Assembly: GCF_003334305.1 (NCBI RefSeq)
Contig: NZ_QOWS01000009.1
Length of the DNA: 64,000 nt
From: Escherichia coli
Lineage (GTDB): Bacteria; Pseudomonadota; Gammaproteobacteria; Enterobacterales; Enterobacteriaceae
Strand: one strand, 5' to 3'
The translations under genes were made by a program, and so were the position numbers. Positions 36,437 to 49,100 of the stretch are shown here, one piece after another (position 1 is the first letter of the stretch; each line of letters starts with the position of its first letter). A model generated the notes under the pieces. That model was given only the letters and a program-made list of their open reading frames with translations. It was not told where the DNA came from and made no database searches.

Positions 36437-37981
36437 TTATTCCACGATGAACAGCGGCTTACCAGTCATCTCTTGCGGGATTTCCATACCCATCAGCGAC
36501 AACATGGTCGGCGCGATGTCAGAAAGTTTGCCGCCTTCAACCGCTTTCACGTTCTTATCACCAACATAAATCAGCGGAACTGGCAGGTTGGTGTGTGCCG
36601 TGTGTGCCTGACCCGTTGCCGGATCGCGCATCTGTTCAGCGTTACCGTGGTCAGCGGTGATCAGCAGTTGTCCACCCACGGACTCAACCGCTTTCGCGAC
36701 TTCTTCCACGCAGTGATCCAGTGCTTCAACCGCTTTAACCGCCGCTTCCATCACCCCGGTGTGACCTACCATGTCGCCGTTCGGATAGTTACAGATAATG
36801 GTGTCGTATTTGCCGCTCTTGATGGCCGCAACCAGTTTTTCGGTCAGCTCTGCGGAGCTCATTTCCGGTTGCAGATCGTAGGTAGCCACTTTCGGTGAGT
36901 TGATCAGAATGCGATCTTCGCCTTTGAACGACTCTTCTACGCCACCGTTGAAGAAGAAAGTAACGTGGGCATATTTTTCGGTTTCGGAAATACGCAACTG
37001 AGTTTTGTCGTTTTTCGCCATCCACTCGCCGAAGGTGTTAACCAGGGAAGCGGGTGGGTAAGCAACCGCAGTTTTGATGTCAGCGGCGTATTCGGTCAGC
37101 ATCACGAAATCGACGTTAACCACTTTCTTACGCGCGAAGCCATCGAAATCAGCGTTCACGAATGCACGAGTGATTTCACGCGCGCGGTCAGCACGGAAGT
37201 TCATGAAAATCAGCGCATCGCCGTCTTCCATTGCCGCATCTGGCTGACCTTCTGCACGAATAACGGTCGCTTTCACGAACTCGTCGTTTTCGTCGCGAGC
37301 ATAAGCTGCCTGCAAACCAGCAACGGCAGTATCGGCCTGGAACTCACCCTGCGCCAGAGTCAGCAGGTCATAGGCTTTTTCAACGCGATCCCAACGGTTA
37401 TCGCGGTCCATCGCGTAGTAACGACCAATGATGGACGCTACGCGGCCTTTACCCAGCGCAGCAAATTTCTCTTCAAATTTTTTCAGCGAGGATTCAGCAC
37501 TGCGCGGCGGGGTGTCGCGACCGTCAAGGAATGCGTGCAGGTAGATTTTTTCTGCGCCGCGTTCAGCTGCCAGTTCTACCATCGCCATGATGTGATCTTC
37601 GTGGCTGTGTACGCCGCCTGCGGAGAGCAGACCCATAATGTGTACTGCTTTACCTGCGTTTTTCGCTTTATCTACCGCGCCAGTCAGCACTGGATTAGCA
37701 AAGAAAGCGCGATCTTTGATTTCAACGTCCAGACGAGTCAGGTCCTGATACACGATGCGGCCGGCACCCAGGTTAACGTGGCCTACTTCGGAGTTACCCA
37801 TCTGACGGTCAGGCAGACCGACTTCCAGACCGGAAGCGTCGATCAGGGTATGCGGACGATTGGCCCACAGTGCATCCATTACCGGGGTTTTAGCACTAAA
37901 AATGGCGTTATCCTGCTGTTCTTCGCGATAGCCATAGCCATCCAGAATCACCAGTACCATAGGTTTTTTAGAAACCGACAT
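36437..37981 (-). CDS. gpmM: 2,3-bisphosphoglycerate-independent phosphoglycerate mutase
   Basis: ORF 36437-38125; start trimmed to [20 protein letters not shown] (514 aa). Confidence 0.93.
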   Translation of the reverse strand: MSVSKKPMVLVILDGYGYREEQQDNAIFSAKTPVMDALWANRPHTLIDASGLEVGLPDRQMGNSEVGHVNLGAGRIVYQDLTRLDVEIKDRAFFANPVLTGAVDKAKNAGKAVHIMGLLSAGGVHSHEDHIMAMVELAAERGAEKIYLHAFLDGRDTPPRSAESSLKKFEEKFAALGKGRVASIIGRYYAMDRDNRWDRVEKAYDLLTLAQGEFQADTAVAGLQAAYARDENDEFVKATVIRAEGQPDAAMEDGDALIFMNFRADRAREITRAFVNADFDGFARKKVVNVDFVMLTEYAADIKTAVAYPPASLVNTFGEWMAKNDKTQLRISETEKYAHVTFFFNGGVEESFKGEDRILINSPKVATYDLQPEMSSAELTEKLVAAIKSGKYDTIICNYPNGDMVGHTGVMEAAVKAVEALDHCVEEVAKAVESVGGQLLITADHGNAEQMRDPATGQAHTAHTNLPVPLIYVGDKNVKAVEGGKLSDIAPTMLSLMGMEIPQEMTGKPLFIVE

Positions 37982-38225
37982 TGCGACAACCTCATACTCA
38001 AGAGTCAAAATTTGCGTAATTTTACTACAGCTGAATCGATAAAATAGCCTCTGAAGATCAAAATATACGACCGCTCGCGGCAAGCCGATGCCAGATTTAC
38101 GCTTTTTTTTCGTCGCGCCCCGCAAAATTGCATTCCAGTTAACGCGCTGGCTGTATTTGCCGCACCGCGCAGGTATACTCCTTTCCTGGTTTTTTTAATC
38201 ACTACGTCGGGAGTTGTTACCCCCC

Positions 38226-38657
38226 ATGCAAGAAATTATGCAATTTGTTGGCCGTCATCCCATACTGAGTATCGCCTGGATCGCGTTACTGGTGGCGGTT
38301 CTTGTGACTACGTTTAAGAGCCTGACCTCGAAAGTGAAGGTGATTAGTCGTGGTGAAGCTACGCGTCTGATCAACAAAGAAGACGCTGTGGTTGTGGATT
38401 TACGTCAGCGTGATGACTTCCGTAAAGGCCATATCGCAGGTTCTATCAATCTGTTGCCGAGCGAAATCAAAGCCAACAATGTTGGTGAGCTTGAGAAGCA
38501 CAAAGACAAACCGGTTATCGTGGTAGACGGTTCTGGCCTGCAGTGCCAGGAGCCTGCAAATGCGCTGACGAAAGCTGGTTTTGCGCAAGTATTCGTGCTG
38601 AAAGAGGGCGTCGCTGGCTGGGCTGGCGAAAACTTGCCTTTGGTGCGCGGCAAATAA
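38226..38657 (+). CDS. yibN: rhodanese-domain inner membrane protein YibN
   Basis: ORF 38214-38657; start trimmed to [25 protein letters not shown] (143 aa). Confidence 0.9.
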   Translation: MQEIMQFVGRHPILSIAWIALLVAVLVTTFKSLTSKVKVISRGEATRLINKEDAVVVDLRQRDDFRKGHIAGSINLLPSEIKANNVGELEKHKDKPVIVVDGSGLQCQEPANALTKAGFAQVFVLKEGVAGWAGENLPLVRGK

Positions 38658-38797
38658 TTTACCTGTCGTCTTTCATGATGCAGGCCGTTAGCTGCAATTA
38701 GGCCCCCAGCGACTTATTGTTATAAGCTTCTGGGGACACTCCATTTTGCTGCCGCCCTGCAACATGAAATTTCAGGGTAAAAAACAGGAGCTAATTT

Positions 38798-39049
38798 ATG
38801 GCCAATGTTGAAATCTATACTAAAGAAACCTGCCCGTATTGCCATCGTGCAAAAGCACTGCTGAGCAGCAAGGGCGTGAGTTTCCAGGAGTTGCCGATCG
38901 ATGGCAATGCCGCCAAGCGTGAAGAGATGATCAAACGCAGCGGTCGCACCACGGTTCCCCAGATTTTTATTGACGCACAGCACATTGGCGGCTGTGATGA
39001 CTTGTATGCATTGGATGCACGTGGTGGACTGGATCCCCTGCTGAAATAA
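38798..39049 (+). CDS. grxC: glutaredoxin 3
   Basis: 83-aa ORF with CPYC active site. Confidence 0.96.
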
Positions 39050-39111
39050 CGTGTGAACGTTGGCATTACATTGCGCAGTATTTAAGGACAACACTTAAGG
39101 GTTTTCTACAC

Positions 39112-39579
39112 ATGTCAGAACAAAACAACACCGAAATGACTTTCCAGATCCAACGTATTTATACCAAGGATATTTCTTTCGAAGCGCCGAACGCGCCGCA
39201 CGTTTTCCAGAAAGATTGGCAGCCAGAAGTTAAACTTGATCTGGATACGGCATCTACTCAACTGGCAGATGACGTTTACGAAGTGGTACTGCGTGTTACC
39301 GTAACGGCCTCCCTGGGCGAAGAAACCGCGTTCCTGTGTGAAGTTCAGCAGGGCGGTATTTTCTCCATCGCGGGTATCGAAGGCACCCAGATGGCACATT
39401 GCCTGGGCGCATACTGCCCGAACATTCTGTTCCCGTATGCTCGTGAGTGCATCACCAGCATGGTATCCCGCGGTACATTCCCGCAACTGAACCTTGCGCC
39501 GGTTAACTTCGATGCGCTGTTCATGAACTATTTGCAGCAGCAGGCTGGCGAAGGTACTGAAGAACATCAGGATGCCTGA
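39112..39579 (+). CDS. secB: protein-export chaperone SecB
   Basis: 155-aa [35 protein letters not shown]... Confidence 0.97.
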
Positions 39580-40598
39580 TGAACCAACGTAATGCTTCAA
39601 TGACTGTGATCGGTGCCGGCTCGTACGGCACCGCTCTTGCCATCACCCTGGCAAGAAATGGCCACGAGGTTGTCCTCTGGGGCCATGACCCTGAACATAT
39701 CGCAACGCTTGAACGCGACCGCTGTAACGCCGCGTTTCTCCCCGATGTGCCTTTTCCCGATACGCTCCATCTTGAAAGCGATCTCGCCACTGCGCTGGCA
39801 GCCAGCCGTAATATTCTCGTCGTCGTACCCAGCCATGTCTTTGGTGAAGTGCTGCGCCAGATTAAACCGCTGATGCGTCCTGATGCGCGTCTGGTGTGGG
39901 CGACCAAAGGGCTGGAAGCGGAAACCGGGCGTCTGTTACAGGACGTGGCCCGCGAGGCGTTAGGCGATCAAATTCCGCTGGCGGTTATCTCTGGCCCAAC
40001 GTTTGCGAAAGAACTGGCGGCAGGTTTACCGACAGCTATTTCGCTGGCCTCGACCGATCAGACCTTTGCCGATGATCTCCAGCAGCTGCTGCACTGCGGC
40101 AAAAGTTTCCGCGTTTACAGCAATCCGGATTTCATTGGCGTGCAGCTTGGCGGCGCGGTGAAAAACGTCATTGCCATTGGTGCGGGGATGTCCGACGGTA
40201 TCGGTTTTGGTGCGAATGCGCGTACGGCGCTGATCACCCGTGGGCTGGCTGAAATGTCGCGTCTTGGCGCGGCGCTGGGTGCCGATCCTGCCACCTTTAT
40301 GGGCATGGCGGGGCTGGGGGATCTGGTGCTTACCTGTACCGACAACCAGTCGCGTAACCGCCGTTTTGGCATGATGCTCGGTCAGGGCATGGATGTACAA
40401 AGCGCGCAGGAGAAGATTGGTCAGGTGGTGGAAGGCTACCGCAATACGAAAGAAGTCCGCGAACTGGCGCATCGCTTCGGCGTTGAAATGCCAATAACCG
40501 AGGAAATTTATCAAGTATTATATTGCGGAAAAAACGCGCGCGAGGCAGCATTGACGTTATTAGGTCGTGCACGCAAGGACGAGCGCAGCAGCCACTAA
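39579..40598 (+). CDS. gpsA: NAD(P)H-dependent glycerol-3-phosphate dehydrogenase
   Basis: 339-aa ORF; start overlaps secB stop (TGATG). Confidence 0.96.
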   Translation: MNQRNASMTVIGAGSYGTALAITLARNGHEVVLWGHDPEHIATLERDRCNAAFLPDVPFPDTLHLESDLATALAASRNILVVVPSHVFGEVLRQIKPLMRPDARLVWATKGLEAETGRLLQDVAREALGDQIPLAVISGPTFAKELAAGLPTAISLASTDQTFADDLQQLLHCGKSFRVYSNPDFIGVQLGGAVKNVIAIGAGMSDGIGFGANARTALITRGLAEMSRLGAALGADPATFMGMAGLGDLVLTCTDNQSRNRRFGMMLGQGMDVQSAQEKIGQVVEGYRNTKEVRELAHRFGVEMPITEEIYQVLYCGKNAREAALTLLGRARKDERSSH

Positions 40599-40627
40599 CC
40601 CCAGGGAACCTTTGTTACCGCTATGAC

Positions 40628-40655
40628 CCGGCCCGCGCAGAACGGGCCGGTCATT
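40628..40655 (+). terminator. GC-rich hairpin between gpsA and cysE (terminator or attenuator candidate)
   Basis: CCGGCCCG-CGCAGAA-CGGGCCGG inverted repeat. Confidence 0.4.
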
Positions 40656-40677
40656 ATCTCATCGTGTGGAGTAAGCA

Positions 40678-41499
40678 ATGTCGTGTGAAGAACTGGAAAT
40701 TGTCTGGAACAATATTAAAGCCGAAGCCAGAACGCTGGCGGACTGTGAGCCAATGCTGGCCAGTTTTTACCACGCGACGCTACTCAAGCACGAAAACCTT
40801 GGTAGTGCACTGAGCTACATGCTGGCGAACAAGCTGTCATCGCCAATTATGCCTGCTATTGCTATCCGTGAAGTGGTGGAAGAAGCCTACGCCGCTGACC
40901 CGGAAATGATCGCCTCTGCGGCCTGTGATATTCAGGCGGTGCGTACCCGCGACCCGGCAGTCGATAAATACTCAACCCCGTTGTTATACCTGAAGGGTTT
41001 TCATGCCTTGCAGGCCTATCGCATCGGTCACTGGTTGTGGAATCAGGGGCGTCGCGCATTGGCAATCTTTCTGCAAAACCAGGTTTCTGTGACGTTCCAG
41101 GTCGATATTCACCCGGCAGCAAAAATTGGCCGTGGCATTATGCTCGACCACGCCACGGGCATCGTTGTGGGTGAAACGGCGGTAATTGAAAACGACGTAT
41201 CGATTCTGCAATCTGTGACGCTTGGCGGTACGGGTAAATCTGGTGGTGACCGTCACCCGAAAATTCGTGAAGGTGTGATGATTGGCGCGGGCGCGAAAAT
41301 CCTCGGCAATATTGAAGTTGGTCGCGGCGCGAAGATTGGCGCAGGTTCCGTGGTGCTGCAACCGGTGCCGCCGCATACAACCGCCGCTGGCGTTCCGGCT
41401 CGTATTGTCGGTAAACCAGACAGCGATAAGCCATCAATGGATATGGACCAGCATTTCAACGGTATTAACCATACATTTGAGTATGGGGATGGGATCTAA
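40678..41499 (+). CDS. cysE: serine O-acetyltransferase
   Basis: 273-aa ORF with left-handed beta-helix hexapeptide repeats. Confidence 0.96.
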   Translation: MSCEELEIVWNNIKAEARTLADCEPMLASFYHATLLKHENLGSALSYMLANKLSSPIMPAIAIREVVEEAYAADPEMIASAACDIQAVRTRDPAVDKYSTPLLYLKGFHALQAYRIGHWLWNQGRRALAIFLQNQVSVTFQVDIHPAAKIGRGIMLDHATGIVVGETAVIENDVSILQSVTLGGTGKSGGDRHPKIREGVMIGAGAKILGNIEVGRGAKIGAGSVVLQPVPPHTTAAGVPARIVGKPDSDKPSMDMDQHFNGINHTFEYGDGI

Positions 41500-41514
41500 T
41501 GTCCTGTGATCGTG

Positions 41515-41549
41515 CCGGATGCGATGTAATCATCTATCCGGCATACAGT
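41515..41549. repeat. REP-like palindromic element between cysE and trmL
   Basis: GCCGGATGCG...CCGGCATACAG resembles the REP consensus. Confidence 0.6.
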
Positions 41550-41551
41550 AA

Positions 41552-42025
41552 CTAATCTCTCAACAACGCTCCCGGATATCCCAGCTGCCGCCAGGCTTCA
41601 TACACCACAACTGACACCGCATTGGACAGGTTCATGCTGCGGCTGTCCGGCACCATCGGAATGCGAATTTTTTGTTCAGCGGGCAGGGCATCAAGAATGC
41701 TCGCTGGCAGGCCGCGTGTTTCCGGGCCGAACATCAGATAATCGCCATCCTGATAGTTTACGGCGCTGTGAGCAGGCGTACCTTTCGTGGTGAGGGCAAA
41801 CAGGCGCTGGGGATTTTCTGCTTCGAGGAATGCGCGAAAGTCATGATGACGCGTAACGGCGGTAAACTCGTGATAGTCCAGCCCCGCGCGGCGCAGGCGC
41901 TTATCGTCCCAGGCAAATCCCATCGGTTCGATGATATGCAGACGAAAGCCGGTATTAGCGCAAAGACGGATGATATTGCCAGTATTTGGCGGAATTTCTG
42001 GTTCGTAAAGTACGATGTTTAGCAT
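41552..42025 (-). CDS. trmL: tRNA (cytidine/uridine-2'-O)-methyltransferase TrmL
   Basis: 157-aa SpoU/TrmH-family ORF. Confidence 0.95.
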   Translation of the reverse strand: MLNIVLYEPEIPPNTGNIIRLCANTGFRLHIIEPMGFAWDDKRLRRAGLDYHEFTAVTRHHDFRAFLEAENPQRLFALTTKGTPAHSAVNYQDGDYLMFGPETRGLPASILDALPAEQKIRIPMVPDSRSMNLSNAVSVVVYEAWRQLGYPGALLRD

Positions 42026-42029
42026 ACTG

Positions 42030-42205
42030 CCCCCTTAGTGCGGGGGCAGGATAGCAGAAAATTGGTGAGCAGTGCGGCCTTTTCCCCTCACCCCGGAGGG
42101 GCGAGGGAGAAAAAAAGAGTGCGGTGTCGTTTCAGAGTGAGGGAGTACATACAGCGCCGAACGGTCCCCACTCCCTGAGGGAGAGGGTTAGGGTGAGGGG
42201 GCTCA
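42030..42205. repeat. GC-rich imperfect palindromic intergenic repeats (two units)
   Basis: CCCCTCACCCCGGAGGGGCGAGGGAG and CCCCACTCCCTGAGGGAGAGGGTTAGGGTGAGGGGG; a related copy lies at 54945-55016. Confidence 0.5.
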
Positions 42206-42210
42206 AACGA

Positions 42211-43401
42211 CTATGCCGCATTCCCTTTCGCCATCGGAGCCAGTGCCGTAGGCAACTCTTTACCCAGCCCCTGCACCAGCGAATCTTGCGTAATTTCACT
42301 GATCGATTTCGCGCCAGTCAGCGTCATTGCCACTTTCATCTCTTTCTCGATCAGATTTAGCAGGTTAGCTACACCCGCCTGGCCCGCTGTTGCCAGCGCA
42401 TACAGGAAAGCACGACCCAGAAGTACGGTGTCGGCACCGAGCGCAATCATACGCACGACATCAAGCCCGTTACGAATTCCGCTATCCGCCAGAATGGCGA
42501 TATCACCTTTCACCGCATCTGCAATAGCGGGCAACGCACGAGCGGAAGAGAGTACACCGTCCAGCTGGCGGCCACCGTGGTTAGAAACCACAATTCCATC
42601 AGCACCAAAACGTACTGCATCGCGCGCATCTTCCGGATCGAGGATCCCTTTGATCACCATCGGGCCATCCCAGAAATCGCGGATCCACTCAAGGTCTTTC
42701 CATGAGATGGACGGATCGAAGTTATTCCCCAGCCAGCCGATGTAATCTTCCAGTCCGGTCGGTTTGCCGAGATAAGCTGAGATATTACCTAAATCATGTG
42801 GACGACCGTTCAGGCCCACATCCCACGCCCATTGCGGATGCGTCACCGCCTGCAAGTAGCGGCGCATTGCCGCATTTGGGCCGCTCATACCTGAATGCGC
42901 ATCACGGTAGCGTGCGCCCGGTGTCGGCATATCCACGGTGAAAACCAGCGTCGAACAACCCGCTGCTTTTGCTCGCTCCAGCGCGTTACGCATAAAGCCG
43001 CGATCGCGCAGTACATAAAGCTGGAACCACATTGGGCGCTTGATGGCTGGCGCGACTTCTTCAATCGGGCAAACGGAAACCGTCGAGAGAGTAAACGGAA
43101 TGCCATGCGCGTCCGCCGCTTTGGCTGCCTGAACTTCGCCACGACGCGCATACATGCCACACAAACCCACCGGTGCCAGTGCTACCGGCATCGACAATTT
43201 CTCATTAAACAGCGTCGTTTCCAGGCTTAAGTCAGACATGTTTTTCAGAATACGCTGGCGCAGTGCCACTTCTGACAAATCTTCCACGTTGCGGCGCAGC
43301 GTGTATTCAGAATATGCACCACCATCCATATAGTGGAACAGGAACGGCGGCAGAATGCGTTGCGCTGCGGCGCGATAATCGCTGGCTGCGGAAATAATCA
43401 T
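42211..43401 (-). CDS. lldD: L-lactate dehydrogenase (FMN-dependent)
   Basis: 396-aa ORF. Confidence 0.96.
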
Positions 43402-44174
43402 GCGTTTTTCTCCCTCGAATGCTCATAATGCTCACCGGGCAGGCGGGTAATCCGTGCGTGGCGAGCCTGATCTTCATCGAATCGTTTCATGGTGGTGTGA
43501 ACAAAACTAAGGTGCGCCATCATTGCTTTACGCGCCCCGTCGGCATCACCAGCAAAAATGGCGTCAATGACAGCCTGATGTTGTTCGGTCAGTTGTGAAA
43601 AAACCGGTGGCACCAGATACATCCGCTGACGGCTATGCTTCACTGAGGATTGCAGGACATCGAAGAAACCGCGCATGGTTTGCAGCAGCACGATGTTATG
43701 TGAGGCTTCGGCAATCGCCAGATGAAAACGAACGTCCGCTTGTGAGGCGATATCCGGGTCTTCACTTAGCGTTGCTTCAAAGCAAAGCTGAATCTTTTCT
43801 TTGTCGCCAGGTGTGGCGCGCATTGCCGCATGCCATGCGGTGCTGGCTTCAATGGCGTAGCGGGCTTCCAGAATATCGAAACTGTAATCCGGATCATCGG
43901 CCATCAGCGTTTTTAGCGGCTGGACGATGTTTTGCTCCGACCATGTGTCATGACGCCAGCGAATAAACGTCCCGCCGCCGCGTCGACTGAGCAGCACGCC
44001 TTCGCTCACCAGTTTTGCCAGCGCCTCGCGTAGTGAATTACGTGATACGCCGAGTTGCATCGCCAGTTGGCGCTCAGCGGGCAACTTCATGCCCGCTTCC
44101 AGGTTTTTTTCATCAATCAGCGCCCGCACACGATCGGCAACCTCGTCTGACAGGCGTCTGGGTAAAACAATCAT
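43398..44174 (-). CDS. lldR: GntR-family regulator LldR
   Basis: ORF 43398-44189; start trimmed to [20 protein letters not shown] (258 aa); overlaps lldD start. Confidence 0.93.
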
Positions 44175-45829
44175 TAAGGAATCATCCACGTTAAGACATA
44201 AGCCTGAAGCGTGGTGATCACGCCCACCATACAGGTGAAGATCAGGCTGTGTTTGACAGTAAAGCGGAACAAATCAGACTCTTTGCCCACCAGGCCTACC
44301 GCCGCACAGGCGATAGCGATAGATTGCGGGGAGATCATCTTACCGGTGACGCCACCGGTGGTATTGGCGGCAACCAGCAACAGATCAGAGACGCCAATTT
44401 GTTGTGCTGCGGTGGCTTGCAGCGCGGCGAACAGGGCGTTAGATGAGGTATCCGACCCGGTCAGGAATACCCCCAGCCAGCCGAGGAACGGCGAGAAGAA
44501 GGTGAATGCATGACCGGTGTGCGCCAGTGCCAGTGCCAGTGTTGATGACAGTCCGGAATAGTTCGAGATAAAGGCGAACGCCAGCACCATGCCGATGGAG
44601 TAGATGGGTAGAGCCAGTTCTTTCAGCGTGCTGCCGAAGGTGCTGATAGCGTCAGACGGTTTCATCTTCAGCCAGACAATCGAGAGCAGTGCAGCAAACA
44701 GAATGGCGGTGCCGGTGGCAGAGAACCAGTCAAACTTAAACACGGCGGCATAGGCTGTAGCCTCGCTGACCACTGGTGGCATACGGGCAACCAGTTTATC
44801 GAGGTACGGCACCGGAATGTTGATCACCCACTCATACAGCGCACCACCCGATGCGAACAGGGCTTTAAACGGCGGGATACTCCACAGTGTTACGGTAGCT
44901 GTCAGGAACAGGAACGGTGTCCAGGCACGTAACACCTGACCCGCAGTGTAACCGGTGTGGGCCAGCGTCATATCAACCTGTGACGCCCCCAAATCACCAA
45001 AACGGAATACGCGCACTGGCTGCCAGCGTTTGAGGAACAGCGTCAGGCAGAGCAGTGATACCAGCGAAGAGATAATGTCCGGCAGCTCCGGCCCAATGAA
45101 GTTAGAGCTAAGGTACTGAGCGATGGCAAACGAGCCGCCCGCAACCACGACCGCAGGCCACGTCTCCTTGATACCGCGCCAGCCGTCCATAATCGCCATG
45201 ATCCAGAACAGCACGATAATGGTCATAAACGGTAGCTGCCGCCCCACCATCTGGCCAATCTCAAAGCTGTCGATGCCTGTTACTTGTCCGGCAACCAGGA
45301 TTGGAATGCCCATCGCGCCAAATGCCACTGGCGCGGTGTTAACAATCAGGCACAGTCCGGCGGCGTACAGCGGTTTAAAACCCAGGCCGACCAGCAATGC
45401 GGCGGTAATTGCTACCGGTGCGCCAAAGCCTGCGGCTCCTTCAAGGAACGCGCCGAAACAGAAACCGACGATCAGCATTTGCAGACGCTGGTCAGGGGTT
45501 ATCGAAAGAATAGACGAGCGAATGATGTCAAACTGCCCGGTTTTCACCGAGATCTTATAGACGAACACCGCTGCAATAATGATCCACGCGATGGGCCACA
45601 ACCCGTAGAAGAAACCATAAACCACCGAGGCCAGCGCGTTAGCGACCGGCATTTTATAGAACAGCAAAGCCACGGCAAGGGCGATTGCCACCGTCCACGA
45701 GGCGGCGACGTATCCTTTCAGTTTGAGCTTAATCAGCGCAAAGAAGAAAAACAGGATGGGAAGCGATGCTATCAGACTGGAAAGCCAGATATTCCCGGCG
45801 GGATCGTAGTTTTGTTGCCAGAGATTCAT
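44174..45829 (-). CDS. lldP: L-lactate permease
   Basis: ORF 44174-45856; start trimmed to [15 protein letters not shown] (551 aa). Confidence 0.93.
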
Positions 45830-46026
45830 TGCAGGTCTCCTGGAGTCCACGCACATCGTGTAATGAGTCTGTTGCTCATCTCCTTGTCACACGTTGTGTA
45901 AAAGTGGCACTGCCAATTGTGTTGTGTAGGGATAATGACAATGAATGGTTAACTAAATGTTATGTATTGGCAATATTGATGTGAGTTTTAATTGGGGAAT
46001 TGTGAACCAGAGGTCAGATAAGCGAA

Positions 46027-46043
46027 GAATTGGTAGGGCCAAT
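46027..46043. promoter_or_regulatory. candidate LldR operator palindrome upstream of lldP
   Basis: AATTGG-TAGGG-CCAATT perfect inverted repeat about 200 bp upstream of lldP start. Confidence 0.45.
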
Positions 46044-46132
46044 TCTTGTGGGGGGAGATGTCTGGTAAAGAAAAAGGGCAATCCTCATCAGAGAATTGCC
46101 CTTAGATTGTTGACCCGGAGCGCCTTATCTTG

Positions 46133-46157
46133 CCTGATGCGCGTAACGCATCAGGCA
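46133..46157. repeat. REP-like palindrome / terminator downstream of adhesin gene
   Basis: GCCTGATGCG-CGTAA-CGCATCAGGC perfect palindrome about 40 nt after adhesin stop. Confidence 0.6.
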
Positions 46158-46197
46158 ATTTGGCGTTTGCCCTTAGTCACACTAACTTAATGGATCA

Positions 46198-49100
46198 TTA
46201 CCACTGAATACCGGCACCGAGTGCGGCGGAGTATTCACCCTGGCTATTGGTACTACCTTGTAATTTGTAGACCCAACGACCATTGGCGCTCACCATCGAT
46301 ACACCTAAAGCAACTGCCGATTCACCGTTGTAAGTACCGCCACCAATAGAAGCCATGCTGGCACCCGGTGTATAAGCCTGCGGCAGACCGGTCATTGCCA
46401 TTGCAGAAGCGATACCACCGCTCAACTTGCTTTCAGTTTTAGACAGTTTGTTATCCATTTCAACCATTCGCTGATCGGTGTATTGCTTCGTTTCCTGCAC
46501 GCTTTGCTTCAACTGCGCGTAATTCACCGCGTCGTTGTTGTTGACGCCAGCGGAGACGTTGCTGATACGAGTCGTACCGCCGTTGCCGCCACCGAGGGTG
46601 ATATTGCTATAGTCGATAGAACCATCAGCTTTGGTGTCGTAACGCACACCGCCAGCTTCGGAAGACTTCAACTGTGCCACGTTAACAGCATCGGTGTCGT
46701 TTTTACCTGCGGCTACGTTGGTGATACGACGTTGATTAGTAGATGAGCCTACAGAGATCGTATTTTCTTCGGTTGCCACAGACCCTGTACCCAGTGCGAC
46801 GCTGTTATCCGCGGCAGCAATGGAGCCAGAACCAATCGCGACGCTATCTTTACCCTGCGCGCTGGCATCTACACCATCGGTATTGGTCTTGAAGTACTTG
46901 GTGCTACCGGTGGTGACGATATCGCCAATACCGTTTTCGATATTGGTGACGCGTGAATCAAGATTCGTTACCCGATTATCCAGGTTAGTAATGCTCTGGG
47001 TATTCTGGGAAACCTGCGCATCCGTTACTTTCAACTGACCCACGTTGACCGCATCGGTATCAGCCGAACCTGCTGCGACGTTAGTGATCTGACGTTGACC
47101 ATCCGCACTACCGACTGAGAATTCACCGACAGAGTTCTGCGGTGCGTCCATGTTGTAGGCGGTATAATTGGTTTGAGCGCCACGAGTGGTCGTAGAACCA
47201 TTACCTATCGCAATACTGTTGACATGAATGACTTGCGCATTGCTACCAATGGCAATGCCGTTAAGTGCATTCGCGTCCACGTAGGCACCATAACCGATAC
47301 CAATACCTTTATCGCCATTCACGATGGTTTTCGCACCCATTGCCAGCGAGTCAGTTCCCACTGCCAGTGAATCTTCTTCCGTTGAATTAGCGTGGAAGTA
47401 TTTAGTCGGCGTGGTTGCGACCGCACCAATCGCATTCTGCAATTGACGAACCGTAACGGCGTCATGGGCTTCGGAACCATCGGCTACGTTGATGATTTGA
47501 CGATATTTACCGTCATCACCGATAGACAATGCACCGAGCAGTTCGCCATCCGTGGTGTCGTAACCAATAACAACGCCATTTTCCGTTATGCTGGTGTCAC
47601 GGGAGCCTTTGGCAATCACTCGGCTGGAAACAGAGCTGCTACCCAGGGCGATACCCGTATCAACGTCGCTGTAGCTGCCCTGACCAATAGCTACGCTGCT
47701 ATCGCCTTTGGCGACAGAGTTATAACCTATAGCTGTAGCGCCAACACCCTGTGCGCTGGCGTCGTTGAACGCTAAGCCGTCGTCGTTAGTACGCACATAG
47801 TTAATACCCGCACCGTTTTCTTGGATATAGGTTGCGTCGGTGTTACCAGCGAGCTGATTGATAATTTGGGTGTTCTGCTCAATCATCATATTCGTCGCAT
47901 TCAACTGAGAACCGTTCACTGCATCGGTACTGTCCTCACTAATACTGCCATTAGCGACATTAGTGATGATGCTGGCTTTACCGTCATGGCTGGCATTGTA
48001 GGCTCCAGCACCGCCATTGGCAGTCTCATCCCACAGCAAGGCGTTATCATCAAGCGCATCCAGGGCGTCACCGACGTTGTTGTACTCGGCGTTCGCAATG
48101 GTGTAAGTCGGTGCGGTGATGGTGCCGTCAGCGTTGACTTCTGCGTCACCACCCAGCGCATCAGCGATGTACTTATTGGTGGTATAGAGTTGTGAGCCGT
48201 TAATCGCGTCGCTGCTGGCAGCAGAGATTGCACCGTTAGCGACGTTAGTGATTACACTGGCAGTTTTATCTTTTCCGTGAGCGGCGCTAAATGCACCATT
48301 TTCACCGGCGTCCGCATCCCAGAGCAGAGCGTCGTCAAGAGTGGTATCGATAGCATTCAGGGCATCACCGACATTATCGTAATCAGCATTAGCAATGGTG
48401 TACGTCGGCGCAGTGATGGTGCCGTCTGCATTGACTTCGGCACCACCCCCCAGCGCATCAACAACATAACTGCTCACGCCGTGGAGTTGTGAGCCGTTTA
48501 CTGCGTCAGAACTGGAGTCTGAAATTTCACCATCTGCGACATCAGTGATCACGCTTGCGTCACCATTAGTACCGTGTTTGGCACTGAATTTACCTGCGGT
48601 GGCATCCCAAAGCAGAGCATCGCCGAGAGACGTGCTAAATGAGGAGTTAATCGCAGCCAGTGCATCGCCGACGTTATAATAATTTGTTTCACCGATTTTG
48701 TAGGTTGGACCGGTAAACACACCGTCAGTATTCACAGAAGCATTGCCGCCGAAGTAGGTGGCGATATTGCTGCTTAAGTCATAAAGCTGGCTACCGTTAA
48801 TGGCATCGGAACTGGTTGCAGTGACTGTGCCGTCCAGGATATTGGTGATTTTGCTGGCGGTATTGTTGCCATGAGCTGCAGTGAAGACACCATTGTCCTT
48901 ATCCCATTTCAGCGCATCCTCACCAAGATTAGTCACCGTCTCAGTCAGATTAGAGATGTTGGTGGTGTTAGTGGCGATATTGGTGGTATTCGTCGCCACG
49001 GCATCGTTGGTGGTTTTCAACTGAGAGCCGTTAACGGCATCGGTGCTGCCAGTCGTCAGGTCGCCATCTTTAACGTTGGTGATTTTGCTGGTGGTCTCGG

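Noticed and set aside
36437-38125. 562-aa extended ORF for gpmM
   Set aside because: The extension crosses the divergent yibN promoter region; the conserved start is [15 protein letters not shown]
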